This document shows, piece after piece, positions 51,996 through 64,000 of a stretch of DNA of 64,000 bases. The notes beneath the pieces were generated by a model, which saw nothing but the letters and a program-made list of their open reading frames with translations, was not told the DNA's origin and did no database searches. The first letter of the stretch is position 1; every line of letters starts with the position of its first letter. The stretch is from Felis catus. Its lineage: Eukaryota. Location: assembly GCF_018350175.1 (NCBI RefSeq), contig NC_058368.1:121708001-121772000 (forward strand), read 5' to 3'. A program made the translations under genes and the position numbers.

Positions 51996-52548
51996 TTTTT
52001 CTTTTCTTTTTTTTTTTAGGGGTCATTTGGGAGGGAGAAATAAAAGGTAAAGAGCAGATCTGTCCCTGCTCTTAGAAAGCTCAGTTGGCTCCAGGAGAAG
52101 GGATATTCTATTCTGAGATTGTGATTTACAGACACAAATTACGCAGCCAGGGAGAGATTGCAGTTTAGAAGGACCCAAAGGGAAGTGCTGGCCAGGGAAG
52201 GAGGACATCTGAGGTCAGCAGAGAGAAAGGGAGAGTTTCAGAATTTGTCTCTGGTGCTGGTTCCCCAGCTTGGAAATGGACTCCCAACACAGCCTTCTGC
52301 CTCCACTCCATACTCATGCTAAGCCCCCAGCAGCAATGCCACCGCCATTCCCGCCCCCAAATGCCTAGATGGGTCCCAGGCTGCTCTTCCATGGGGACAC
52401 CCCCATGGTGGTGACGTTAAGAGGAAGCCCCCTGGAAATGGAGCTGTAGTAATAAAACAGATAATATAAGCCATATACTTTTTTTTTTTTTTTTAATTTT
52501 AAGTTGCAAATGACCTCAGCCAGTTTAAACTTCAAAGGAACCCAGACA

Positions 52549-52781
<233 letters not shown>

Positions 52782-55576
52782 CCAGACAAAGCAAAGTGGT
52801 GGGCAAGATTTTAAGTGGCTTAAAAAAAAAAAAAGAAAGAAAAGAAAGAAATCCAGGGTAGTTAACCTACAGTGTTATATTAGTTTTAGGTGTGCGTAAG
52901 TGGCTTTTGATAAAAGCAGAGCTAAGTAGGATCTCTTAGCAGGGCTGGGCAAAGTTTACCCTATAGCTCAGGTCCAGGGCATAGTGATAATAACATCACT
53001 GATTGGAGGAGTCCTAAGTGCCAACTCCAGTGCTAAGCGTCCTGTGCACTGAACCTTGGGACAGCTTCTGGGGACGGTGCTACTGCTAAGACCCTCCTCT
53101 TACAGATGCTGACGCTGAGGCATGGAGACCTGAAAGGATTTTCCCATGGGTCTGTAGATCACACAGCCAATAGATGGCAGAGTTGGGATCGCGAGCCCGG
53201 TGGGTCTGGCCCCAGAGTTGGGGTTCCAGAACTGGTGTTCATAAGTACTGTGCTATCCTGCACCCCTAAAGAAGCTGTGGGGTAGTGTTCTTTAAGATCA
53301 CAATTGTGAAACTCGTATAGTTCAGTCCAACAACAGGTATTGAACCCTTTGGCTCCGGGGATACAAAGCTTGTGTACTTTTCTTTCAGTTAAATATTCAC
53401 TGAGCCACTTCACCTCTGTGCCAAACACCAAACATCTGTGCTCAACCTTGGGGCCGCAGGCGGTGCGAGAGCTCCTTTTCTTAAGGAGCTGCAATCTAGT
53501 TGGAGAGATGAATGGACAGGAAAGTTCAGTGACAGTGCCACCAGGGGGGTGGCCATCGTGAGCACCTGAAGCAAACTAAGAGCCGGTGGGGGAGGGTCTG
53601 ACCATCAGAGGCCTCCTACAGATGGGAAGTCTCAGCCCTGCCCCGACCTGCTCATCTCTGCCACAGCCTTTTTGAGTTCATCAGTGCTGTGAATTCAGTC
53701 TCCCTGTATGAAACACACCGGAAAACAGCTATCTCTTATCAGAGGAGTTAGCAGGGTTTGCTTTGGGTGTCTGAGAGTTAATTTCTCCTTCTGCCTGTAG
53801 GTTTGCAGGCTCTGAACATTGCCCAGGAAGCTCTGGGAGGAGCAGAGTGGATCGGGCTGGGCTTTGCCGACCAGCAGTTGGTGAGCTCGTTGAGTGTGTC
53901 CAGCTCTGGCTGTGCTGGCATTCTCTAGGTTAGCCCTCAGGGACCCCGACTCCTTACTCTCCCCTCTCTCCCACTCCACTGTTGAGGAAGAGCCACGACA
54001 CATGGTTGGTGTTTCCTTCTTTGCTGATGGCTTTGGTTCATTGAGGCTCCCTTTTCCCAGGGCCACGGGTCGTGCTATCTTTTGGACTACTGTTACCTTG
54101 TTTCTGTGGAGTAGCTCTGGCTGTGGGGTCTTCCTGACTGGCACATCCCATTACTTCGGGCCTAGCATCTTGGATTGTTGTTCCAGGCTGCAGGTGCATG
54201 CTGAGTGACAGTCTATGAGTGGTGAATGGGTCTGGCCGGGTCTGGGTGGCCACTCCTACAAGACAGCACCCCCTCCTGTTTCTGCTATTGGTTAGGTACC
54301 TCTGAAGTCCACTGTAGGGATGGCTAGCCTGTAGATTTCAAATTCTGCAGACTGGGAGCTGGGAGATCTGAACCCTGCCCCTAAAAAGTGAGACTGTTAT
54401 ACCTGAAAGCAGCCCTTTTGCGCTGTGTGGGTCAAAACTTTTCCAGGTAGGGAGACTGATGCTCTAACTGTGGACATGACTTGTTGAGGCCGCTGGATCC
54501 TGGGTAGCAGGGCACAGGCTGGGATCCATGAATCTCAGCTGACGCTTCTTGTTTTTCACATTGTCTTGCCCTTTTACCTGCTAAGGATTTTTTTTTTTTT
54601 TTTTTTTTTTGGTTAATGGTTCATGTTTTGATTTTATGGAGGATAACATTTGGACATAAATGTGAAGGACAGTAAGAGTATAAGGAGGTTGGTGCATCTT
54701 GGCTGCTTAGGCAGAACTTGAAACTTTCTTTTGAAAAAAATCACTCCAAGTCCCATGGAAACACAGCTGTGGTTGATATTAGGTGTATTTAATTTGACCT
54801 TTTTTTTCCCTTCCTGACAGTTTGCTTCTTACATTGTTACAATGTGAATGATAATTGTAGCTATGGTTTTTGTTATAATGTAACCAGAGGCCCTGGTCAA
54901 AGACATCCTGGAGAGCCCTATGTCAGGGATTGATTTCATCCCAGTGAAGATGACACAGGTCTCTCTCTCTCTCTCTCTCTTTTATAAGGGCACATTGTTT
55001 TATAAAAGGGCACAAAAGGAATAACCTTTCAGCAAGAAAAAGACTAAAATATTTATTTGGGCCCAGAATGGTTAAAATCCTGCTTTGGACACAGTCAGCC
55101 CATCCCTGGCTACAGCTACTTTGTTCTTGTAGGGTATCATTTGTTGTGGGTCCTTAAGGAATGACAGGTCTCATCATTCAGACGAAAATCTAGTATAAAA
55201 AAAAAAATCAAAATTCCATTGCCATGTCCATTTCTTTTACCTTCTTTTAAAAAAAAGAACTCCGTTGAGCTATGATTCACCTACCATACGGCCTACTCCA
55301 TCTGTACAGTTCAGTGGTTTCTTGTATTTTACTCTTTGCACCTTCTTGCCGGTCCTGATGGGATGGTTTCTTCGGCACGGACTAGAGAGCTGTGTCCACA
55401 GAATCCAGCAGGTGGCGCCTGGCATCGTCTGTCACCTGTGCACCAGCCGAACGGGGGAGGAAATGTGCGGTATTCAGAGATGTGGCGCTGAGATCCTTTC
55501 CCCGAGGTGTGTTAAGAAAGGAAGAGTACATTGCCACCCCTGAGTCTGGGATTCTTTTTTCTTTTTAAAATGGGAG

Positions 55577-55788
55577 GGGCGCCTGGGTGGCACAGTCGGT
55601 TAAGTGTCCGACTTCAGCCAGGTCACGATCTCGCGGTCCGTGAGTTCGAGCCCCGCATCAGGCTCTGGGCTGATGGCTCAGAGCCTGGAGCCTGTTTCCG
55701 ATTCTGTGTCTCCCGCTCTCTCTGCCCCTCCCCCGTTCATGCTCTGTCTCTCTCTGTCCCCAAAATAAATAAACGTTGAAAAAAAAAA
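55577..55788 (+). mobile_element. Young SINEC_Fc with TSD
   Basis: CpG-rich near-consensus body; TSD ttaaaatgggag at 55565-55576 and 55789-55800. Confidence 0.93.
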
Positions 55789-56436
55789 TTAAAATGGGAG
55801 AGGAAGCTCTTGTGGTCTATAAGTTTTGTCCTTGCATTTTTATCCTTGGGAGGGATAAAAAGTTAAAAAAATTTTAAATTAAATGTCCTTAATGACTGAA
55901 TATCATAACTCCACATCTTTGAAAGAAAAGATGTTTGGACAGAGAGGGAAAGAGGCAAGAACTTGATTCCAAATATTTCAACCTGGGTACACAATGTTGG
56001 TTCAGGTAGCTTTGCTGCTGAGCGCATTAACATATGCTCGTTCAGCCCCTCGTTCTAAATCCCTGATGAAAGTTCAGGACATTCTTGTAAAACTTTTCTA
56101 CTTTCTGCATTATTTTATCCCACCCTGCCCCCCCCCCCACCCCCCATACTTGGAATGGACAAAAGTTGAAATAAGTAAGTTGGAGTTACTTTCATGAAGT
56201 AGGTTTATCATTTTTACTGTCATAAAAAATTTTAAATTAGATAAAGGAGTTGATAGTGTCATCATTTGGTAGAAGAAACTTAAAAGCCCTAGAGATTTTG
56301 ACCTGATAATAGTTAGAAAACTGTTAGTTGCTGAACTGAGCTAGACCCCGGATTCCTGATTCTGGATCCAGCTCTTCCCACCAGATAAGACTTGCAACGG
56401 AACATCAGTCGCTTGAGAGATGTTTTCGGGTATTCT

Positions 56437-56942
56437 GTATTAGTTTCCTATTCCTGCTGTAATAAGTTACCGTGAACTTACTGCCTTAAAACAATACAAG
56501 CCATCTTACAGTCCTGGAGATTAAAAGTCCTAAAGTCAAGTGTCAGCAGGGCCGCATTCCTTCTAGGAGCTCTAGGGGAGACTCCATTTCCTCCTCTTGG
56601 CCAGGTTCTAGAAGGTGCCTGCACTCCTTGGCTCATGGGCTGTCCTCCATCTGCAAAGCCAGCAGAACAGCATCTGCTCCCAGGTGCCCCCTGTGACTTC
56701 TGCTTTGTTATCACATCTCCTTCTCTGACTCTGAGCCTACTGTCTCCCTCATACAAAGGACCCCTGTGATTACATTGGGCCCACCGGATAATCCAGGGTC
56801 ATCTCATCTCAAAATCCTTTCCTCAATCACATCTGACAAGTCTTTTTTTTTTTCCATGTGAGGTAAATATTCACAGGTTGCTAGGGCACAGGCCTCTTTA
56901 TTGGGGGGGGGGCGGGCGGGGTGGTATTATTCTCTCTTCCAT
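56437..56942. mobile_element. MLT1 (MaLR) solo LTR
   Basis: tgtattagtttcctatt...gtgtcagcagggccgcattcc...gtgattacattgggcccacc...ggataatccag. Confidence 0.8.
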
Positions 56943-57433
56943 GTATTCTTAAAGAAGTTTGGTGGTAGTGAATTTGGGAAATGCAGGACTAAACAAAGTT
57001 AAATAGGGCTTCTCTGCACTTCAAAAAGCAACTATTAGAGCTATATTTGTTAAAGCTTTTGTATTTGTGAAGCACCTTGCTAAATTTTACATGTAGTATC
57101 TCATTTTATTATCATGACAATAGTAAGGAGTTCAAATGAATTCAAAGGAGTTCATTTATCAAAGGAAGAAACTGAAGTTTAATGGTAAGTAACTCTGTCA
57201 AGGTCCCACTGCTAATAAGTGGCAGAGCTAGAATTCAAACTCAGATCTGATGCTAGAGCTTCAGTCTTGAGGTTTCAGGATGTTAATACTCTGATACATT
57301 GTCAGGCAGGGGGTGTGGAGGCAGAATTTTCCAGATTAATTTAGACAGGATTATAGCATCTTACCAGGCTAGTGTCCTTCAGAACACTTTATGAAATGAT
57401 AGACTTGGTTGCCTTGATATCAATGTTATGCAA

Positions 57434-57632
57434 CAGTACTCTCTATGATGAAGGGAATATTCTATATTTATACTTTCCAATATGGTAGCCACTAGCTCCA
57501 TATAGTGATTGAGCACTTGAAATGCTGTGAAGATAGCTGAGGGACTGAATTTTAAAATTTATTTGATTTGAAGTATTTAAATAGACTGTTAGTTACATAT
57601 GGCTGTTGGCTTCTACACTGGACAGCACAACT
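57434..57632. mobile_element. MER3-like DNA transposon remnant
   Basis: tccaatatggtagccactagc...ttgagcacttgaaatg...ctggacagcaca. Confidence 0.6.
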
Positions 57633-57689
57633 CTGCTTTTTCATATCTATTGTTCAAGTTGACCCAAGTCCAGATTCATGTAATTACTT

Positions 57690-57913
57690 TATTTATTCTT
57701 TATTGTTTTAATTTTTTAAAATTTATTTTTGAGGGAGAAAGAGAGAGAGAGAGAGCATGAGCGGGGGAGAGGCAGAGGGAGAGAGAGGGAGGCATAGAAT
57801 CCGAAGCAGGCTCCAGGCTCTGAGCTGTCAGCACAGAGCCTGATGTTGAACCACAAGATCATGACCCGAGCTGAAGTCAGAGGCTTATCCAACTGAGCCA
57901 CCCAGGCATCCCT
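57690..57913 (-). mobile_element. SINEC with TSD
   Basis: TSD catgtaattacttt on both sides. Confidence 0.88.
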
Positions 57914-59732
57914 CCATGTAATTACTTTACTTTTGAGCATAACACTGTATTTGGTTTAAAAGTCTATTTGAGGAATTGTTGACAGCTTTCGAAAATGCCA
58001 CTGGGAAGGACGTGCTTTTGGGTGTGAGATGACAGTAAAACAGGATTTCAGGTGTCATGAGAAAAGCCAGGGGAGATTTGTAGCCATTGAGTCCCAGTCT
58101 TTGATGGAACTCTCTTGGTTGTTGTTAGTTGACCGCCTCTGTAAAGATGGATGTTCTAGTGGAACTACTCTCAGTTGTTCAACAGGAATCTATGAAGCCA
58201 TTTTAATAATTGTGGATACATGAAGGGAGGAGGACTAATGTCTTGTAAAGTCTTTGAGGCCCGCTGTTTGAGGAGACAGTATGCACTTTGGTGAAAGATC
58301 ATCCATAGTGTCACATAAGATGATACCACTGGGAATGTAAAGCATGTACCAAGCTAATACTGTGGTCAGTAGGGCTGATTCTTAATTTAGCTGTGGAAAA
58401 CCTTTGATCAGGAGCCCAATATCTGCAACAGGTAAGATGAAAGCAGCTCTTTTTGAAGCAGGAGGGGAGTGAATCATAGTTCTATTATCTGAGCACCCCT
58501 CACTTACTCTTGAGGCCTGTGAGGTAGGTCTCTGAAACTCCAGAGTATATCATTCACTCAGAGAATCTAGAAAAGGGGTTAAAAGTTGAAAGGCAGGGGA
58601 GTTTCTGGGTTTCTTAAGGAAGGCTGCACAGGAAGGGTGAGATGTGACACATCCCAGATAACTTGATATGTATATTTTCAAAGATATATCATAGGTAATA
58701 TGACAAAATGCTACCAGATGACTTTGTAAATTGGCTTTTTCATATTATCTCATAATTAACCTTGAACAGTTGATCTACATCTTTGAAATGGCTGCTGAGT
58801 GTTCTGTTCTATGTTTGTATGGGACAGCGCATGTCTGGGAGGAAAGGACTTATGTAGGGTCTCATGACACTGATCAAAGTCAGTCCATTCCCATCAACCT
58901 CGGGTATATTTCTTACTTAGAGCCAGCATTAGCAGTTATTTAGAAAGAGCCATCCTTGCCCATAAATGCCAAATGACACTGGAGACCATTGAACTGGCTT
59001 AAATCTTGCTAAGGTCGTTTGCATTTCCTGTGTTATGTGGGTACTGGGATTACCTGGACAATTGAATATTGAATCCTTGAATTCTTCACATCCTCCACTA
59101 CCAGGCCTTTGCCCACTCAATCCTGAGCATTGCATTTTAGGAAGCAACTAATTCAAAGTCATGTGGTCAGTAAGTGGTAGGCCTGGGATTTGATCCCAGG
59201 TTGTCTGTCTTTGGCTCCAAAGCCTTAATATGTCCCCAAAGTTAATTTTCTTTCTAATAAATGGAACCCTAGGTAATGAATTATCAAAGGAAGGTACGGG
59301 ATCAGCTCCTGGGGAATGGTAGAAGTGTGTGTAATAGGCAGTGTCTACGTGCTTGATATGAATTAGCTATTTCTCCTGTGATGACGACCAGAGTCTAAAC
59401 ATTTTCTCTTGGAGTTTCCCCTTCAACAACAGCCCTGCTTATTTGCTGAAGACCCTTCGACATATTTCTTTATGCATATTTACAAATAAGTTATGTATAC
59501 GTATACAGTTGCGAATGGGATTTTCCTAGATTCCATCACCAGTGAATCTTTCTTACTACGTAATATGTGTAACATAGTGGCGTAAGGGGCTTTTATACCC
59601 GAAGTGTGTATGGAGGTGATCTATGGAAAATGAGGCAGAGCTCTGTTCAAAGTGTAGTTAATAAATATGATAAAACACCCAGTAACTTGTCTTTAGAATT
59701 AATATTTGACATATTTCCTGGAATCAGACAAG

Positions 59733-59841
59733 TTTTTTTTTTTTTTTTCTTCAATTAAGAGCTACACACAACATGGGGCTTGAACTCACGACCCTGAGAT
59801 CAAGAGTTACCTGCTTTCCCAGATGAGCCAGCCAGGCGCCC
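59733..59841 (-). mobile_element. Short SINEC
   Basis: poly-T...gagatcaagagtt...gagccagccaggcgccc. Confidence 0.78.
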
Positions 59842-60465
59842 TGGACTCAGGCAAGTTCTTCATCTTGTTTGTTTGTTTGTTTGTTTTTATCTTACACAGA
59901 CAAACACAGTGGACTGTCATAAAGCCTGCACTAAGGCCAGATAGTTCTTATTGCCTCTTGGCACCCTTCATAATGTCTATTGCTATTTCATCTGTGCTGT
60001 GTTTGAGACCTATACTTCTGGTCAACGCCTGCAATTTGATTTTCCCAGTTCCCGTCCGTTTTTAATAATAAGTTCGCGAAATCACACAATTCCATAGATC
60101 ATCCAGACCAAGACTGTGATGCTGAGCCTGAACTACCGAAGAGCAGACGGTGCCCCCTTGTGACAGCTCGAAATACTGGCTCAGCTGATGGAGAAAAGAG
60201 TGAAAGTGGTAGTTTGAGTGCCCGTGAACGACTGACAAAAACAGGGGTTGAAGGAAGGTTAGGGACTCTTGTTGAATGGGGCAAAGATGAAAAACGCTTT
60301 TAATTGGGCTAAAGACATCTCAGTAAAGACAGAGGGAAATGAACGCAGAGGGAAAAAAAAGGTTAAAGATGCTTATGAGAGGGCAGTGGCACAGTCTTCT
60401 AAGCTGTACGTCGGGGACCAGCAGCTTTGGCCTTCTTGGGAGCTTGTTAGAAATGCAGACTTCCA

Positions 60466-60703
60466 GGGGTGCCTGGGTGGCTCAGTCGGTTGGGCGTCCA
60501 ACTTCACCTCAGGTCACGATCTCGCGGTCCGTGAGTTCGAGCCCCGCTTTGGGCTCTGGGCTGATGGCTCAGAGCCTGGAGCCTGTTTCCGATTCTGTGT
60601 GTCTCTCTCTCTCTGCCCCTCCCCTGTTCATGCTCTGTCTCTCTCTGTCTCAAAAATAAATAAAGGTTAAAAAAAATTTAGAAAAAAAAGAAAAAAAAAA
60701 AAA
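60466..60703 (+). mobile_element. SINEC_Fc inserted in a MER5A-like element
   Basis: TSD agaaatgcagacttcca at 60449-60465 and 60704-60720; flanks read as MER5A (gggagcttgttagaaatgcaga...tcagaatctgcattt). Confidence 0.9.
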
Positions 60704-61348
60704 AGAAATGCAGACTTCCAGGTACCCTAGACTCCATGAGTCAGAATCTGCATTTACCAAGAACCCTAGAGGGTTTATCTATATCACGAAGGGTGAGAAA
60801 GACTGGCATGAGCAGCAGTGTTTGGCCCTTGGACTTGAGACTGAGATGGAGCCGGGTTGAAATCCTGGCTCTGCTGCTTGGTAGCTGTGTGTGCGTGAGC
60901 AAGTAACAGGTGTCTAACTGCAAATGAGGGAGACTAGCATACATTCCTCCTCAGATGATTGTAAGGCAGCCATCGCTGCCAACACTGAATGAGGGCTTAT
61001 CGCATTCCAGGCCCTGTTCGAAGCTCCTCTTAATGAGATATTGAAGGCTCCCTGCCTGACACGTGGTAAAAGCTCACCCGTGGAAAAAATGACGGGTTGT
61101 GATGACTGTAATCATCATACGGCACAGTCCTTGAGCCACTGGACAGAATGGAAATGCCTCCAAGGGAGACGTGAAGACTGTAGGGTTGGCAAGTAGGGGT
61201 AGTGTGCGGAGGTCTGCAGGGAGATTTGAGGGTTGAATTCTGAACCTGACCCCTCTTTTCATTAGTGATGCAAAAAAGATTATTTAAGATGAAACCAGCT
61301 TGCAGAGAGCTTGCTTAATCTAATAAACAACAGGAAATCTGTTTAACA

Positions 61349-62520
61349 CAGTGGTTCTGAAACTTATTGATCTGAGGGTCCCTTTACACTTTTTTTTTTT
61401 TAACATTTATTTATTTTTGAGAGACAGAGAGACAGAGCGTGAGTGGGGGAGGAGCAGAGAGAGAGGGAGACACCGAATCCAAAGCAGGCTCCAGGCTCTG
61501 AGCTGTCAGCACAGAGCCAGATGCGGAGATTGAACTCACCGACTATAAGATCATGACCTGAGCTGAAGTCAGACACTCAACCGACTGAGCCACCCAGGTG
61601 TCCCGATCCCTTCACACTCTTAAAAGTTATTGAGGCCCCCTCAGAGTTTTTGTTGGTGTGGATTATACCTGTCTTATATTGACCTTACTAGAAACTAAAG
61701 CTGAGAAAAAATTTTAAATGTTAATTCATTTAAAGGTAATGGCCCATTAACATATTAACATAAGTTACAGTTTTTATAAGAAATAACTACATTAAAAAAT
61801 TTTTTTTTTGGAGAGAGCACATGTGTGCACACGAGCACACGTGCTCGCAGGGGAAGAGTAGAGGGAGAGAGAGAGATTTTTTTTTTTAATTTTTTAATGT
61901 TTATTTATTTTTGAGAGACAGAGACAGAGACAGAGCACAAGCAGGGAAGGGGCAGAGAGAGAGGAAACACAGAATCTGAAGCAGGGCTCCAGGCTCTGAG
62001 CTCTTAGCACAGAACCTGATGCAGGGCTCAAACTCGGGAGCCATGAAATCATGACCTGAGCTGAAGTCAGATGCTTAACCAACTGAGCCACCTAGGCACC
62101 CCGAGAGAGATTCTTAAGCAGGCCCCACACTCAGCACAGAGTCTGGTGAGGGGCTCAATCCCACGACCCTGGAATCATGACCTGAGCCAAAATCAAGAGT
62201 CGGGCGCTTAACCGCCTCAGCCACCCAGGCGCCTAAGAAATAACCACACTTCCTAAGACAAAATTCTAGTGAGCACTGTGGGATGTTCTATGTTTTTGAA
62301 AATCTCTTTCAATACCTGGTTCAATAGAAGAGAGCTGGATTCTCCTATCTGCTTCTCATTCAGTCTGTTGAAGTATCATTCATCATGTAGACTCTAGAAA
62401 ACTCCACTGCGCACTCATGAATGTGTGAGAGTAAGAAAGGCAAATAAAATTTTAGTCTTAATAGAAAAGAGTTTCGATCTCATGGGCCTCTGGAGAGGGT
62501 CTCCGGGACTCCCAGGAAGC
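61349..62520. mobile_element. Charlie1-like hAT transposon carrying three nested SINECs (about 61390-61605, 61800-62234, 61877-62102)
   Basis: cagtggttctgaaactt...ccctttacact(cttaaaagttattgagg) start and ...gagggtctccgggactcccagg end; SINE bodies on - strand. Confidence 0.7.
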
Positions 62521-62985
62521 TGGTAGTTTAAAAGACTAAAGTACATTCATTGTAAGCAAATAGATGTAGTTGAAGGCAAACAATTTTTTAAGATTAATTA
62601 ATTGCTTAATGGGACAGAGCTCTGCTGGGATCCCAGGTTGTACTTGAAAGGCTTGAAACAATTCTGTAAGAATTACAATTCTCAGCGTTGCTAATTTGGA
62701 TTGGTTGTACACACCTGTGGGGTTTATCGTATTTCCACCAGAGTCTTGGATTAGGTACACTTGGCAATTACCTTTCGATTTCCAGTTCAGCTGCAAAATA
62801 CTTGGCATTTTACATTCTCGGGCAGTTCTGCTGCTAGTTAGGAATGTGGTGATTAACTTGCAGGGTGGGATCAAAGCAGGGCTTGGCTTTCCTGTCATAT
62901 TTTATCTTCTAGAGTGAGGAGAATGGTGGTAAAAATAGAGCAGAAATCTCTAATTAAATAAATGTCTTTCAAAATAGAACGGTCA

Positions 62986-63110
62986 GGGGCGCCTGGCTGG
63001 CTCAGTCGGTGGAGCGTGAGACTCTTGCTCTTGGGATCATGAGTTCAAGCACCACAATGCACAGAGAAGTTCAAAAACATAATAAATAAATACAAATTAA
63101 AAAAAAAAGC
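62986..63110 (+). mobile_element. Short SINEC
   Basis: ggggcgcctggctggctcagtcggt...aataaataaa. Confidence 0.8.
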
Positions 63111-63477
63111 AAAATAGAGCTGTCAAAGTGTGTTAGGTTGCAGTGGGCTATAAAATGTTTGCATGCAGACTGGGCAGGCCTGGTGACTTCCCCTGCTTGG
63201 ACGGTGGTTGCATTGGCATCAGCTCAGTGACAAAGAGCCTCTTGCGTTTTGAGCCCTTTTCCATGATGGCTACTTTGAGTATCATGTTGTGACCAGAAGT
63301 TGAGCATCACAGTGACTAAATGTAGTGTTGCTCTCAAAACTTCAGGACCAAACTGATAGGCTTTAATCGTATGTAGGAAGGTGGGGGGTAGCTATTTTGT
63401 TCTGACTATTTGGGGGGGGGGGGAAATCAAGGCTTTGTTATGCAAATGAAATAATTTTGCATTTTCTTCACAAATCT

Positions 63478-63709
63478 TTTTTTTTTATTTTTTATTTTTT
63501 AACGTTTATTTACTTTTGAGACAGAGAGAGAGACAGAGCATGAACGGGGGGAGGGTCAGAGAGAGAGAGGGAGACACAGAATCTGAAACAGGCTCCAGGC
63601 TCTGAGCTGTCAGCACAGAGGCCAACGTGGGGCTCGAACTCACAAGCCGTTGAGATCATGACCTGAGCCGAAGTCGGACGCTTAACCGACTGAGCCACCC
63701 AGGTGCCCC
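63478..63709 (-). mobile_element. SINEC with TSD
   Basis: TSD acaaatctt on both sides. Confidence 0.9.
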
Positions 63710-63774
63710 ATACAAATCTTAACTGTAATAAGAGAATGGTTTAAATGGATTTGCTGTTTGTCATTCCTGTTCAC

Positions 63775-63925
63775 TTTTTAAAAAATGTTTGTTTGTTTGT
63801 TTGTTTATTTTGAGAGATAAAGAAAAAGGAGGAGTAGGGGAGGGACACAGAGAGAGGGAAAGAGAGAATCCTAAGCAGGCGCTGGGCTGTCACGATAGAG
63901 CGGTGGAGGGGCTTGATCCCATGAA
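63775..63925 (-). mobile_element. Partial SINEC
   Basis: (GTTT)n tail, gagagaatcctaagcaggc. Confidence 0.7.
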
Positions 63926-64000
63926 GTGCTTGTTCACTTCCTAAATAGTTGTCTGTTAAAGTCAAATTCACTTTGTGTTTCTTGAATGCATATCTTTGGA

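Noticed and set aside
53695..54253. Overlapping 149/104/71-aa intergenic ORFs (also 50283..50684)
   Set aside because: No recognisable domain, splice context or processed-pseudogene hallmarks; consistent with chance in GC-richer DNA, though BLAST was not available

Overview
Eukaryotic (mammalian) genomic DNA, almost certainly a felid given the abundant SINEC_Fc/Fc2-type tRNA-derived SINEs. The + strand carries the 3' two-thirds of TCERG1 (CA150). I traced 18 GT-AG coding exons from 3779 to the TAA at 43841; they join in one frame (2213 nt, entering in phase 1) and encode WW2, WW3 and the six FF domains. These include three frame-preserving cassette-type exons of 63, 57 and 51 nt, and the 3'UTR has an AATAAA at 44689. 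Convergent on the - strand is the intronless orphan GPCR GPR151 (ATG 49016, stop 47757, 419 aa). The rest (about 49.3-64 kb) is repeat-rich intergenic DNA with SINEC, L1, MLT1, MER and Charlie elements, some nested. I found no convincing new protein-coding system; nearly all other ORFs in the track are SINE, L1 or low-complexity artefacts. The best leads are non-coding and inferential: two long AG-free pyrimidine zones ahead of candidate poison exons in transposon-free TCERG1 introns, a compact PBX/MEIS motif cluster, a microexon-like 51-nt exon, co-oriented CTCF-like motifs, inverted SINE pairs, and an AATAAA 17 nt after the GPR151 stop. Repeat family names and orthologue comparisons are from recall, not searches, and repeat boundaries are approximate.
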